Of a DNA stretch of 64,000 nucleotides, positions 28,473 to 38,666 are shown piece after piece. The translations under genes were made by a program, and so were the position numbers. Location of the stretch: contig CALKCF010000002.1 of assembly GCA_938083505.1 (NCBI GenBank), forward strand, positions 96,001-160,000, given 5' to 3'. Each line of letters starts with the position of its first letter. Position 1 is the first letter of the stretch. Under the pieces are notes generated by a model, which worked only from the letters and a program-made list of their open reading frames with translations, was not told the DNA's origin and ran no database searches. Origin of the DNA: an uncultured archaeon (GTDB lineage Archaea > Thermoproteota > Nitrososphaeria_A > Caldarchaeales > Wolframiiraptoraceae).

Positions 28473-29528
28473 TTATCGCATCCTAAAAACTATTATGTTT
28501 CTCGTCAGACTCCCATGTACTTTTATCGCATAGGTTTCTAAGACGTCTAGACCATATACTTCTCCTAAGGGGATCATATCAATGTTTGAGGGTGAGGCCA
28601 TGCATACGCTACCACCCTTTACGAGCAGATCCACTAATTTCGATAGAAAATCTTCTAGCAAGCTAGTTAGCGATCCGGTTGGTATCGTCGTAGACCTGCC
28701 ATAAGGAGGGTCCGTCACGATCGAGTCAAAAACTCTCCTGAATGGCGCAACCCTCGCATCACCGTTTATTATATCGGGACCGCCGGGCGCGTAATGCTCT
28801 AAGTTTAGCCTCGCACCCTTACATATCCAATGCTTTATCTCCAATCCTACTGCCTCATATCCTAACAACCATGCCTCATTAAGTATTGAGGCAGAGCCGG
28901 CAAATGGGTCAAGTATTCTACCACCGGGCTTAACCCTAGCTAGGTTAACCATGCACCTAGCAATCTTAGGCTGAAGAGCAGAAGGTAACGTAAAGGGCCT
29001 CCTACCTGCTTTCCTGTCGTAGAACTCCTTCTTTTTCTTCTTTGCGACCGATAACCCGAAGAAGAGCTTATACGGTGTTGCCAGAACCACGAACTTTTTG
29101 TTAGGATTCTCTAAATTTACTGACACATGTTTCCCGCAATTTAAGAGAATTTTCCCTAACTCTATTTCAATTTTTTTTGTGTCGTGTTCTGCACCCCAAC
29201 ACCTTACGCACCTTATTTCGAACGTTTCTCCGTCGTCCAATAACTCGTGTAAAGGTATAGATTTTACGTATTCTATCAGCCCACACATATCCGTAGACTT
29301 CGCTATAAGCAATGCTGCTTCCTTAACGTAAGCAGAACGCTCAACGGTCATGACTGCACAATCTTTTGTGGTCTCAGTTACCCCAACACCCTTACATTCT
29401 AAAACAACATTTGAAGAACTATCAAATGTAGAGAGAATAGCCCTCAGTTCACCAAAGGACAGTTCAGGGTACTCGCCAGATAGTTGAAAGAAATATTGTG
29501 TTTTTTCTTTCATAATTTTCGTAAGCAC
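28473..29528 (-). CDS. trm11: tRNA (guanine-10-N2) methyltransferase (THUMP + MTase)
   Basis: LSGE, THUMP domain, RPF..P, DPFAG, TDPPYG, VHGSLTR. Confidence 0.85.
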   Translation of the reverse strand: MLTKIMKEKTQYFFQLSGEYPELSFGELRAILSTFDSSSNVVLECKGVGVTETTKDCAVMTVERSAYVKEAALLIAKSTDMCGLIEYVKSIPLHELLDDGETFEIRCVRCWGAEHDTKKIEIELGKILLNCGKHVSVNLENPNKKFVVLATPYKLFFGLSVAKKKKKEFYDRKAGRRPFTLPSALQPKIARCMVNLARVKPGGRILDPFAGSASILNEAWLLGYEAVGLEIKHWICKGARLNLEHYAPGGPDIINGDARVAPFRRVFDSIVTDPPYGRSTTIPTGSLTSLLEDFLSKLVDLLVKGGSVCMASPSNIDMIPLGEVYGLDVLETYAIKVHGSLTRNIIVFRMR

Positions 29529-30385
29529 TCCGCTAACAGACCTGCTATAGACACGAAAGCGTACTTATTAGGGACGGCATCTGTAGCTATGATAACATCA
29601 GCACCCGATGATAGGATCTTCTTATCAGCATCGTCTACCATTATTGCATGAATACAACCGACAAGTATTCTTCTAGCCCCAGCAGACTTTAGGGTACTGA
29701 CTGATTTAACCATCGTGCCGCCTGTGCTTATCATATCATCAATCACCACAACGTCTCTATCTTTAACATCTATACCTTCCAACTCAATCTCGACAGTTCC
29801 TGTGTTGACGTTCCTCTTTGTCCTAATCACACCGTAATCAGCATTCAAAACCTTTGCAGCCGTTGCACTCATATACTCTCCCTTCTTTCCAGGCGCCAAG
29901 ATCATGGGGTTCTTCAGGTTCATTTGTAGGATATAAGAGGCAAGTGTACCAACAGCATCCAAGTTCTCGATAGGTATCGGCGATCTATCGATAATCCATG
30001 GCGCATGTATATTTACTGTTAATATTTTGTCCACACCAGATTGCTTAAGTATTTTTAATACAACGTCTATGCTTACCACTTCACCTTCTTTAAATCGCCT
30101 ATCCTGCTTAGCATATGCCAAATAAGGTATAACTACTACGACACTTTTGGCGCCTAGATCTTTTGCACCACTTGACAGAAGGCAAAGTTGAAGTATGTGC
30201 TTGTCCTGAGGTGGATGAGTACTCTGGAATATCACCACATTCTCATTTTCAACACTATCGACGTACCGAAAGTAAGATTCACCATCCGGGAATATCCTAT
30301 GTTCCAATTCCGTTAATCTAAGACCCAGTATGCTAGACACCTTATTCGTAAGTTCTACGGACGCTGGACCTGGGACCAGTTTCAT
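29510..30385 (-). CDS. prs: Ribose-phosphate pyrophosphokinase
   Basis: FPDGE, PYLAYAKQDR, VVIDDMISTGGT. Confidence 0.95.
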   Translation of the reverse strand: MKLVPGPASVELTNKVSSILGLRLTELEHRIFPDGESYFRYVDSVENENVVIFQSTHPPQDKHILQLCLLSSGAKDLGAKSVVVVIPYLAYAKQDRRFKEGEVVSIDVVLKILKQSGVDKILTVNIHAPWIIDRSPIPIENLDAVGTLASYILQMNLKNPMILAPGKKGEYMSATAAKVLNADYGVIRTKRNVNTGTVEIELEGIDVKDRDVVVIDDMISTGGTMVKSVSTLKSAGARRILVGCIHAIMVDDADKKILSSGADVIIATDAVPNKYAFVSIAGLLAECLRKL

Positions 30386-30494
30386 GTTTGACCAAAATTA
30401 GTCATTCAAGGTAAACTATAAACTTCATGAGGGGACTGAGCAATAGGTCGGATAAGATTGCAAAAACTCTAAAAAGGCAGGCTTCGTTCATAAA

Positions 30495-31710
30495 TATGAT
30501 GAAGGTTAAGCTGATAAAAGACCCGGTGTGGGGGTATATAGAGCTTGATGAATATGATAGGCGAATCGTTGATACCGTAGCTTTCCAAAGATTAAGAAGA
30601 ATAATGCAACTCCCCCTAGTTTACCTTGTATACCCTTGCGCGAGACATACCCGGTTTGATCATTCGTTAGGCTGCTTTTACCTCGCTGGAGAGTATACCA
30701 AGCACTTAGAGTTAGACGAGTATTGGACAAGAGTTTTGAAATATGCTGCGTTACTTCATGACATAGGCCACACACCTTACTCCCACCTTTTAGAAGCTTT
30801 ACTGATTGAAAAGGGCATGAATCATGAAGTGATGGGTGTAAAAATTTTAAATGAAGATCCTGAGCTTGCTTCCGCGATAGAGGCTTCAGGTATTAGAATT
30901 AAAGACGTCATAGATATTCTTGAAAAACGCAAAGCAGAGTCTGCTATAATATCCGGACCGACAGATGTCGATAAACTTGATTTCCTCATAAGGGACTCGT
31001 ACTTTAGCGGAGCCACCTATGGAATAGTTGATGCTAAAAGAATAATCATGATGACAAAAATCATAGATGGTAAGACCATGATAAGCATCCGTGGGTTAGG
31101 CGTAGTAGAAGAGTTAGCGCTGGCGCGCTTTCAATCTTTCATGAATATTTATTTCCACCATGCGGCCAGGGCTGCTCAGTCGTTGTTCTTAAGGGGAGTT
31201 AAACTAATCGAGCATCTTTTGGATTTCTCTTCCATGTCAGTTGAGGAATACATTTCACAGGATGACTATACAGTATGGTGCATGATGAAGGTTAACGAGA
31301 AATCCAGGGAGATAATAAAAAGAATAGAGAGCCGAATACTGCCAAAGCGAGCTTTTGAAAATAGAATATCGCACGAGAAGATTTCGTTATCTATTTTGAG
31401 TAAACCGCATATAAAAAGGAACATTGAGGAAGAGATAGCGTCGATGGCGGGGATAAATGTTGAACATGTATGGGTAGATACGCCGTATGTTCCACCATTA
31501 CCACTTTCAGACTCCCAAGAGGTTAGGTTTTACGAAGAAAGTGCTGAAGGTATAAGAGAAGTAAGTGTAGACTCTTTCCTACTTAGGTCTGTAAGCGAAG
31601 TGTACAACATAATTAGGGTTTACACAGAAAGCGAATATAGGGAAAAAGTGTATAAAGCTGCTAAGGAATATTTTGAGACCTTCCCAAAGGCCACGAAGGT
31701 AAGCTTTTGA
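30495..31710 (+). CDS. HD-domain phosphohydrolase (COG1078, dNTP triphosphohydrolase-like)
   Basis: IKDPVWG, FQRLRRI.QL, HTRFDHSLG, LLHDIGH, DVDKLD..RD, YFH. Confidence 0.9.
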
Positions 31711-31842
31711 TACAGTGGCCCTTTCTTACTACCATGGTTTCAGTGAAGGTATTGTCAAAAAAGTTAAAGCTTATATTAGATCTCTCAGTTTGTATTTATA
31801 AAGAGTCTGGTGATGGTTAATAATTAACTCTAAAAATGAAAA

Positions 31843-33012
31843 GTGGGGCGACAATTTTTGAGTATAGGAATAACATCTGTCAAGTATGTAATAGAGGCCA
31901 AAATAGAAGTTGACGGAGTTGTCGACAAAAACGATATAATCGGTGCTATATTCGGGCAGACAGAAGGTATATTCAGCTCGGAGTTGGATTTCAGGGAACT
32001 CCAGAAGACTGGTAGAATAGGAAGGATAGAGATAACCTCAACATCTCAAGGTAACAAGACCTTAGGGAAAATCTTTATTCCTACAAACCTTGACAGGTTC
32101 ACCACAGCCCTCGTAGCGGCGATGTTAGAAAGTATCGATAGAGTAGGCCCTTACCATGCAAAAGTCACCTTAGAGAAGATTGAGGATACAAGGGCTGAAA
32201 AGAGGAAGAAAATAATCGAAAGGGCAAGGGCCATACTTTATGAGTGGGAAAAACAGAAGATTCCAGAGGATGATGAGGTACTCAAAGAACTTGAGGAAGC
32301 AGTAATCAGAAGTAAAGTCGTAGAATTCGGACCAGAAAGACTTCCTGCTGGACCTGAAGTTGAATCGAGTAGTGAATTGATAATAGTCGAGGGCAGGGCC
32401 GATGTGATAAATCTCTTACGCCATGGTTACAAGAACGTGATAGCTGTTGATGGCGTAAAAGTGCCGAAATCGGTATCTGAGTTAACAAGAAGGAAGAAAA
32501 CTGTCATAGCATTTCTTGATGGTGATAGAGGTGGTGATTTAATACTCAGGGAGTTATTACAAAACTCTAAGATAGATTTTGTTACAAGAGCGCCCTATGG
32601 TAGAGAAGTTGAGGAGTTAACGGGTAAAGAGATCTCGGAGGCGCTACAACGAGCAGTAACGATAGAGGAAGTCATTAAAAACATTAAACATTGGGCTCCA
32701 GAAAAATCTTCTCAAATACCTGAAGAACTTGTGCAGTTCGTAAAGGAGGTTGACGGAAATCTCATGGCAGTAATACTGGATGAGTCTTTTCAAATTCTGG
32801 CAAAGATACCGGTGAGCGAGCTAGCCCAGAAGATAGCTGAATACAGAAATATGAAGTATCTTGTATTCGATGGTGTAGTGACTCAGAGGCTTGTAGACGT
32901 TGTATCGACGCTTGATCACGACGTGTACTTAATAGGTATGAGAATAGGTGAAATTTCAAAAAAGTCGCAGAACGTTCACATAATATCAGCTGACCAACTC
33001 GTCAATAATTGA
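31843..33012 (+). CDS. dnaG: Archaeal DnaG (Toprim, exosome-associated)
   Basis: GVVDK.DIIGAIFGQTEG, ELQKTGRIGRI, VEGRADV, DGDRGG, FDGVVTQRL. Confidence 0.95.
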   Translation: MGRQFLSIGITSVKYVIEAKIEVDGVVDKNDIIGAIFGQTEGIFSSELDFRELQKTGRIGRIEITSTSQGNKTLGKIFIPTNLDRFTTALVAAMLESIDRVGPYHAKVTLEKIEDTRAEKRKKIIERARAILYEWEKQKIPEDDEVLKELEEAVIRSKVVEFGPERLPAGPEVESSSELIIVEGRADVINLLRHGYKNVIAVDGVKVPKSVSELTRRKKTVIAFLDGDRGGDLILRELLQNSKIDFVTRAPYGREVEELTGKEISEALQRAVTIEEVIKNIKHWAPEKSSQIPEELVQFVKEVDGNLMAVILDESFQILAKIPVSELAQKIAEYRNMKYLVFDGVVTQRLVDVVSTLDHDVYLIGMRIGEISKKSQNVHIISADQLVNN

Positions 33013-34084
33013 GTTTCGTCGGATACTTCAATATACCTACAATGCTTCCGAGTGCCTTTATTTTATCACCCGCTTCTGTACCAGGAAGCACTATATACAT
33101 CTCGATGCGTCTTTCATCTACCAAATCCATAATTTGCTGGAATCTTTCGTCATGTATGTTAGCCCAAATAAAATCTTCAGTAACTATGATGTCTTTAATA
33201 GCTGCTAATTCTATCGCCTTGTAAACTTCTTCAAATCCTATAGCTACATTCATCCAATTTTTTGACATAAACTTTATGAAGTTTTCGACGATATCCGCAT
33301 CTTTTACTAGTTTAACGGATCCGCCAACATCACTAAGAAGTTTGTTCCTTAGCGCTTCCTGTAATCCTGCCAAGGACCCGTCCGAAACGTGACTGACCTT
33401 TTTAATTGCTTTGAAGACCTTTTCTCTCTCCTTTCTCAAGAATTTGAGAAAGTTTTCTATGGCTATCTCATTTCCCAGAACAATAATCGTCGGATTTTCC
33501 ATCTCGATTTTTCTTTCAAGTGTTTCGGTAATTTCTGTATAAATATTTTCTATGCTTTTTACGTGCTCACCTGGCCTGTCTTTGCTTTGTGAAATGAACC
33601 TGCCTTTATGCACTACTTCTATACCCGAATTGCTTAAAGACGCTATTGTGAATCGTTCGTCATCTAATAACACACAAAGCAACTTTTTGGTTTTGACCAA
33701 TTTCCGATAGTGTTCTGCAAAACTTTCTAACCTAGAGAAGTCCTTCTCAGCTCTTATGCCCAGCTCGGATCCGACGTTCACGCTCAGCGAATGGTATTTT
33801 CCGATCAAATCAAGCTCGGCACTGGTATATACTATCCTACCGAGTAGGTGGAGCCTTTTCATGAGAGGGTCTAAAGACTTCCTTTCAAGCTCTACACCTA
33901 TTGTAACTCTGACCCTTTCGCTGTCAACTTTCCCATCCGCCCTTTGCTTCTTAATCTCCCTGCTAGTATCCGAGTAAACAACATCGCCCGTGGATATTAT
34001 CCTATATAAGTTAAGTAAGTCGAGTGTTGTCTCAGGTATTAATTTTACAAATTTTTTGTTAGGATTGATTGAGATTATTTCCAA
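33002..34084 (-). CDS. pelA: Pelota (aPelota/Dom34) ribosome rescue factor
   Basis: PET..DL..LY..I..GD, R..K, GKYHSL, G.IVGILKY; eRF1 three-domain size. Confidence 0.85.
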   Translation of the reverse strand: MEIISINPNKKFVKLIPETTLDLLNLYRIISTGDVVYSDTSREIKKQRADGKVDSERVRVTIGVELERKSLDPLMKRLHLLGRIVYTSAELDLIGKYHSLSVNVGSELGIRAEKDFSRLESFAEHYRKLVKTKKLLCVLLDDERFTIASLSNSGIEVVHKGRFISQSKDRPGEHVKSIENIYTEITETLERKIEMENPTIIVLGNEIAIENFLKFLRKEREKVFKAIKKVSHVSDGSLAGLQEALRNKLLSDVGGSVKLVKDADIVENFIKFMSKNWMNVAIGFEEVYKAIELAAIKDIIVTEDFIWANIHDERFQQIMDLVDERRIEMYIVLPGTEAGDKIKALGSIVGILKYPTKLNY

Positions 34085-34130
34085 TTAACTTACCCCCTAG
34101 CTGTATAATGCAAATAGGTATGCGACCCTA

Positions 34131-34829
34131 TTATCCATATTCTTTTAGCCTTCTCCTAAGCTGCGGAGATGTATCTATTAACTTTTTCAGAACGCTTTCA
34201 AAGGATTCTTCGGGTTGTAGTAAAATTAACCTATAAACGCCGGTCCTACCTATTTCTTTTCGCCTTTTAAGAACATATACTCTTTTTCTGAGCACGTTGG
34301 GGTCTACGGAGAGCACTTTTGCTGCCTCTTCTATACTACGTTCGACTGCGAACTCGTAATGGCCTTCTTCAGTTGGTATAATAAGCATCAACTCTTTGTT
34401 TATGCCCGGTTTTCTTACATCACTCATCAACTCATTAAGGCTTGCTTTTCCCGCAAGCGAATAGAACATTTCTTCCTCACTTCTCATCGGAATGAGGGGG
34501 AAAGAAACGGACGTTAACTCATCAACGTAGACATATCCCTTCACAACATACGATGGTGTAGCTTGCACAATTTCTCTTGAGATTATGTCGTAATTAGCAT
34601 TTATCAGCGCCAGTTCGATATAATGTGATGGTATAACAGTCGGTATGAAAACGTCAACGTCGCTACTTGGTTTGACATCGCCCCTTACTATACTACCATA
34701 AGTTATGGAGAACAGATTACGCCTCCATAGGGCTTCCATGATCTTGATGGCTTTTCTCCGGAGGTTTTTTAATAACATCCAACGTTCATCGTCATAAGTA
34801 ACATACCTTACAGGGAAGTGATGTGTCAA
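34131..34829 (-). CDS. Minimal nucleotidyltransferase-domain protein (COG2413)
   Basis: YGSIVRGDV..SDVD, VQATP, VSFPL, PGINK.L, GRTGVY. Confidence 0.85.
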   Translation of the reverse strand: MTHHFPVRYVTYDDERWMLLKNLRRKAIKIMEALWRRNLFSITYGSIVRGDVKPSSDVDVFIPTVIPSHYIELALINANYDIISREIVQATPSYVVKGYVYVDELTSVSFPLIPMRSEEEMFYSLAGKASLNELMSDVRKPGINKELMLIIPTEEGHYEFAVERSIEEAAKVLSVDPNVLRKRVYVLKRRKEIGRTGVYRLILLQPEESFESVLKKLIDTSPQLRRRLKEYG

Positions 34830-34847
34830 CTTTATCTGTTATGAAGA

Positions 34848-34900
34848 AGTTCATGATTCTAATTAATATTATGGGCAGCCTTATCGAGTTCATGATTCTA
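34848..34900. repeat. 14-bp direct repeat AGTTCATGATTCTA (two copies) in a divergent promoter region
   Basis: Exact copies at 34848-34861 and 34887-34900, each containing palindrome TCATGA. Confidence 0.75.
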
Positions 34901-34926
34901 CTTGTAAAAATAACATTTTTTAACTA

Positions 34927-36855
34927 GTGATTATAGATAGCAAAAAGAAAATGTTAAAAGGTTCTTTGCTTAGTAACGAAAAAGGTAAACGTGTCATACT
35001 TTCTGGGAACGAAGCTATAGTTAGGGGTGCCATAGAGGCTGGTGTCAGATTTGCGACGTCTTATCCTGGAAATCCATGCACAGAGATACTCGACACCTTA
35101 CTATTAGTGTCCAAAGAGCTCGGCATATATGCTGAGTGGTCTATTAATGAGATGGTAGCTTTGGAGGCAGCCTCTGCTGCATCAATTGCCGGCCTTAGGT
35201 CTTTTGTAGCGATGAAACACGTTGGGTTGAACTGGGCCCTTGACCCCCTGATGTGTATAAATCTCAGCGGTATCGAGGCGGGCATGCTCGTTGTTGTCGG
35301 TGACGATCCGCAGAGTAGAGCTTCACAAAACGAAGAAGACATAAGATTTTTAGCATCGATGAGTGAGCTTCCCATGCTGGAGCCCTCAGGTCCGGCAGAA
35401 GCAAAAGACATGTTCGTATGGGGTATCGAAGTTTCAGAACGCATTAAGCTTCCAGTGCTTTTACGCTCTGCACAAAGAGTTTCACATGGTCTAGAGGACG
35501 TCGTTTTAGGAGAAATAATTCAGCCCAACGTTAAAGTCGAATTTAAAAAAAATGAGAAGTACATAGTTGCAGGTGCTGGTGGAAGGTCGGTAAGACTCCA
35601 TGAAGGTTTACATAAAAAGCAGGAATTGATTGAATCTATCATTGAACGATCACCATTTAATAAAGTAATAAAGCATGGTAGAGAAAAATGGGGAATTATC
35701 TCTGCTGGAATAGGTTACGGTATTGCGGTTGAGGCTTTGAAATATTACAACATGGAAGATAAATTTGCGACGTTTAAGCTGGCTGCACCCCATCCACTAC
35801 CAAAGAAACTCCTCAGAGATTTCTGCAGTGATCTTGAGGCGGTTATTGTAGTAGAAGATGTAGAACCGTACTTACAGCATAATATAAGGGCTGTCTTGGC
35901 CGAAGAGGGAATAAATTGTAAAGTGTATGGACGCGGTAGCTTTAATCCAAAACTTGTAGGTGAGGTTACATTTAATGAGGTAGTAAGCTTAATTGAGAAG
36001 GTAGGTGGAGAAAAACTATTTTCTCCAGCATCGAGTAGGAGTCATGTTGCTAGATTTAGGCAAATGCTGATTTCCAGACCACTTACCATGTGTAGCGGTT
36101 GCCCCCATAGAGCCACTTTCTATGCGATGAGGAAAGTTGTGAACAAAATGCTCAAAGATAAAGCGATCTTCTGCGGCGACATAGGCTGCTATAGCTTTGC
36201 GTCACAACCTCCATTCCAATTAATAGATCTAAAATTATCAATGGGCGCAAGTATGGGTTTAGCCTGTGGTTTTGCAAAGTCAAAGGTTGATAGTAAGGTG
36301 TTTGCAATAATTGGTGACTCTACATTCTTCCATGCAGGCATACCCGGTTTGGTAAACGCAGTGTACAACGACGCTAGGTTTGTCGCAGTTATACTGGATA
36401 ACCTTGTGGTAGGCATGACTGGCCAGCAACCATCGCCCAGCATGGGCGTAAGCGCAAACGGCGCAAATACTACGTCCATACTGCCGGAGAATATTGCACA
36501 GGCTATCGGTGTAAAGTTCGTAAAAACTTTCAATCCCTTAGACTTGAAAGAGGCTGAAAGAGCTTTTGAAGAGGCGATTAACTACCAGGGGCCCGGGCCT
36601 GCCATGCTCGTCTCGCGCGCCCCATGTGCAGTATATGTAACTAGGAAAGCTAGGACGAGGGGTGAACGACTACTCAAATACACAATCCTAGAGGATAAGT
36701 GTACCGGTTGTGGTATATGTACACAACAATTTGGATGTCCTGCCATTATAATAGGCGAAAACAATAAGGCTAAGATAGATGGTGATGATTGTACGGGCTG
36801 TGGAGTTTGTGCCCAGATTTGTCCATATCGGGCGATCGTTAAGGAGGGGTCCTGA
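34927..36855 (+). CDS. iorA: Indolepyruvate ferredoxin oxidoreductase alpha subunit
   Basis: GNEAIVRGA, MKHVGLN, C.GCPHR, GDIGCY, GDSTFFH, MTGQQP, C-terminal 2x[4Fe-4S]; ATG at 34951 possible start. Confidence 0.95.
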   Translation: MIIDSKKKMLKGSLLSNEKGKRVILSGNEAIVRGAIEAGVRFATSYPGNPCTEILDTLLLVSKELGIYAEWSINEMVALEAASAASIAGLRSFVAMKHVGLNWALDPLMCINLSGIEAGMLVVVGDDPQSRASQNEEDIRFLASMSELPMLEPSGPAEAKDMFVWGIEVSERIKLPVLLRSAQRVSHGLEDVVLGEIIQPNVKVEFKKNEKYIVAGAGGRSVRLHEGLHKKQELIESIIERSPFNKVIKHGREKWGIISAGIGYGIAVEALKYYNMEDKFATFKLAAPHPLPKKLLRDFCSDLEAVIVVEDVEPYLQHNIRAVLAEEGINCKVYGRGSFNPKLVGEVTFNEVVSLIEKVGGEKLFSPASSRSHVARFRQMLISRPLTMCSGCPHRATFYAMRKVVNKMLKDKAIFCGDIGCYSFASQPPFQLIDLKLSMGASMGLACGFAKSKVDSKVFAIIGDSTFFHAGIPGLVNAVYNDARFVAVILDNLVVGMTGQQPSPSMGVSANGANTTSILPENIAQAIGVKFVKTFNPLDLKEAERAFEEAINYQGPGPAMLVSRAPCAVYVTRKARTRGERLLKYTILEDKCTGCGICTQQFGCPAIIIGENNKAKIDGDDCTGCGVCAQICPYRAIVKEGS

Positions 36856-37472
36856 TGGATAAAGTTTGGAATATCATAATCGCGGGCGTAGGTGGCCAGG
36901 GTATAGTAACCGTTGCCAGAATTCTAGCGGAGTCAGCGTTAGCTTCAGGCTATAAAGTCAAAACCACAGACATTGTAGGTGGTGCGCAAAGGGGCGGCGC
37001 GGTACTTAGTCATGTGAGATTCGGTGATTATGTGTACTCATCAATAATTCCGGATGGTCTTGCAGATATAGTGGTTGGGATTGAGCCGCTGGAGGCCTTA
37101 AGGACGTCACTTCAATACCTTAAGCAAGATGGCATAGTCGTATTCAATGATAGGCCAGTTTATCCTTTAACCGTCCAACTTAAACAGCAGAAATATCCTC
37201 CGCTAGTAGACATAAAGTCAGCACTTCTTACTATCACGAATAAAGTATTTGTGGTAAATGCATCAGAGATAGCCAGTTCGGTGGGCTCAAGACTGGCTAC
37301 GGGCAGCGTGCTACTCGGATTTATGAGTGCTGTTTCTGACATTCCGATACCAAAACATAATTTCTATGCAACGATAGAAGGTATGTTTGCAGAAAAAGTT
37401 GCAAAAATTAACATCCGGGCATTTGAGGCCGGCTTCTCCAAAGGGCTTGAGGTAAGCGGCCAGTTAAAGTAA
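36855..37472 (+). CDS. iorB: Indolepyruvate ferredoxin oxidoreductase beta subunit
   Basis: GVGGQG, G.AQRGG.V.SHVR, EPLEALR, N..AFE.G. Confidence 0.93.
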   Translation: MDKVWNIIIAGVGGQGIVTVARILAESALASGYKVKTTDIVGGAQRGGAVLSHVRFGDYVYSSIIPDGLADIVVGIEPLEALRTSLQYLKQDGIVVFNDRPVYPLTVQLKQQKYPPLVDIKSALLTITNKVFVVNASEIASSVGSRLATGSVLLGFMSAVSDIPIPKHNFYATIEGMFAEKVAKINIRAFEAGFSKGLEVSGQLK

Positions 37473-37480
37473 CCAGAATT

Positions 37481-38425
37481 TTATTGGACAGGGATTTCTT
37501 CTACACCAAGATGTTTGAGTATCTCGCATGTCCTACAAATCTTTCTACTTGTAGGAACGCCACATACTTTACATTTTTGGATCAATATATTAGAAGGTTT
37601 TATCAACCTTTCAAACGATGTTAAAGCTGTGTAAAGTGTTCCAGGATGGTTCTCTTCATATTCAGTTAAAAAGTTTCTAATTATATTACGCATTGATGTC
37701 CTCGCATATGGGCAAACGTGAGATTGAAACGGTATGCCGTGGAGATATGCGTACATCACAACCTCATCCTCCGGTGTGAGCTTGAAGGGAGCGACCCTCG
37801 GAACAAGCCCCTCGATTTCTGTTCTTATACCGAATGGTTGCTTGTCTACATCACCCCTAAATACGTTCATGAGATACGTCTGGACAACATCGTCCAAGGT
37901 GTGGGCCGTCGTTATCACAGTTGCACCAACACGTCTGGCCATGATATCTAGAGCTCTTCTTCTGAGTATGCCACAAACCGTGCAGGGCTTAATGCCTGCC
38001 CTATCTACGATACCATCTTTCACTACATCGTCTAAGGTGAAACCAAAAAGCTCTTTAAAGCTTATCTTTATGTGCTCAATACCGTTCATTCTTGAAATGA
38101 AGTCTTCTGCGTTTTTTATTGCTTCATCCCTGTAAATGCTTATGCCCTCATCAACTGTTATTGCAACCATGCTTGACTTTGGAAATTTGGCCTCAATTTT
38201 TGTCAGAACTCTCAGTAATGTCAGGCTGTCCTTTCCTCCTGAGACTGCTACCGCTATTCTATCGTCGTATTTTAGCATATTATGCTTGGCTATGGTCTTT
38301 GCGACCCTTTTTTCGAAAGTCTTCGTAAAGCATCTTGAACACAACCTCTCGCCAGAATACGCCCTAAAATATACGACTTTGCCTTTATTGCATATATTGC
38401 ATAAGCCTTCTCGTAACTCGTTCAG
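37481..38425 (-). CDS. tRNA 2-thiolation enzyme NcsA/TtuA (TIGR00269), probable CTG start
   Basis: SGGKDS PP-loop, C..CG..RR, AH.LDD, CPY, C-terminal CxxC..CxxC; N-terminal CNIC..CSRC zinc finger extends upstream of the ORF-track start (38344). Confidence 0.88.
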   Translation of the reverse strand: MNELREGLCNICNKGKVVYFRAYSGERLCSRCFTKTFEKRVAKTIAKHNMLKYDDRIAVAVSGGKDSLTLLRVLTKIEAKFPKSSMVAITVDEGISIYRDEAIKNAEDFISRMNGIEHIKISFKELFGFTLDDVVKDGIVDRAGIKPCTVCGILRRRALDIMARRVGATVITTAHTLDDVVQTYLMNVFRGDVDKQPFGIRTEIEGLVPRVAPFKLTPEDEVVMYAYLHGIPFQSHVCPYARTSMRNIIRNFLTEYEENHPGTLYTALTSFERLIKPSNILIQKCKVCGVPTSRKICRTCEILKHLGVEEIPVQ

Positions 38426-38666
38426 GGTCCCACACCGCGTATTATCGATACCTACTTATAAAATTCTTCTTATGCACCATTTAACCTTTTGCAGTATATG
38501 TACTTAACTGTACTGTCAGTCAAGTAGTCATACATGACAGCACTGGTTAAAGATCTTATAATTTCTTTCTTTAACTTGTATTTTTGTGCCCATGAGTTTA
38601 TCTTGAAACTCACAAAGGTCTAGCCTAACCTTTATATTGTGTTTTTATAAAGGGTCCTGGTGACGT

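Noticed and set aside
34848-34900. Mini-CRISPR interpretation of the direct repeat
   Set aside because: Only two 14-bp copies, too short, and no cas genes or leader
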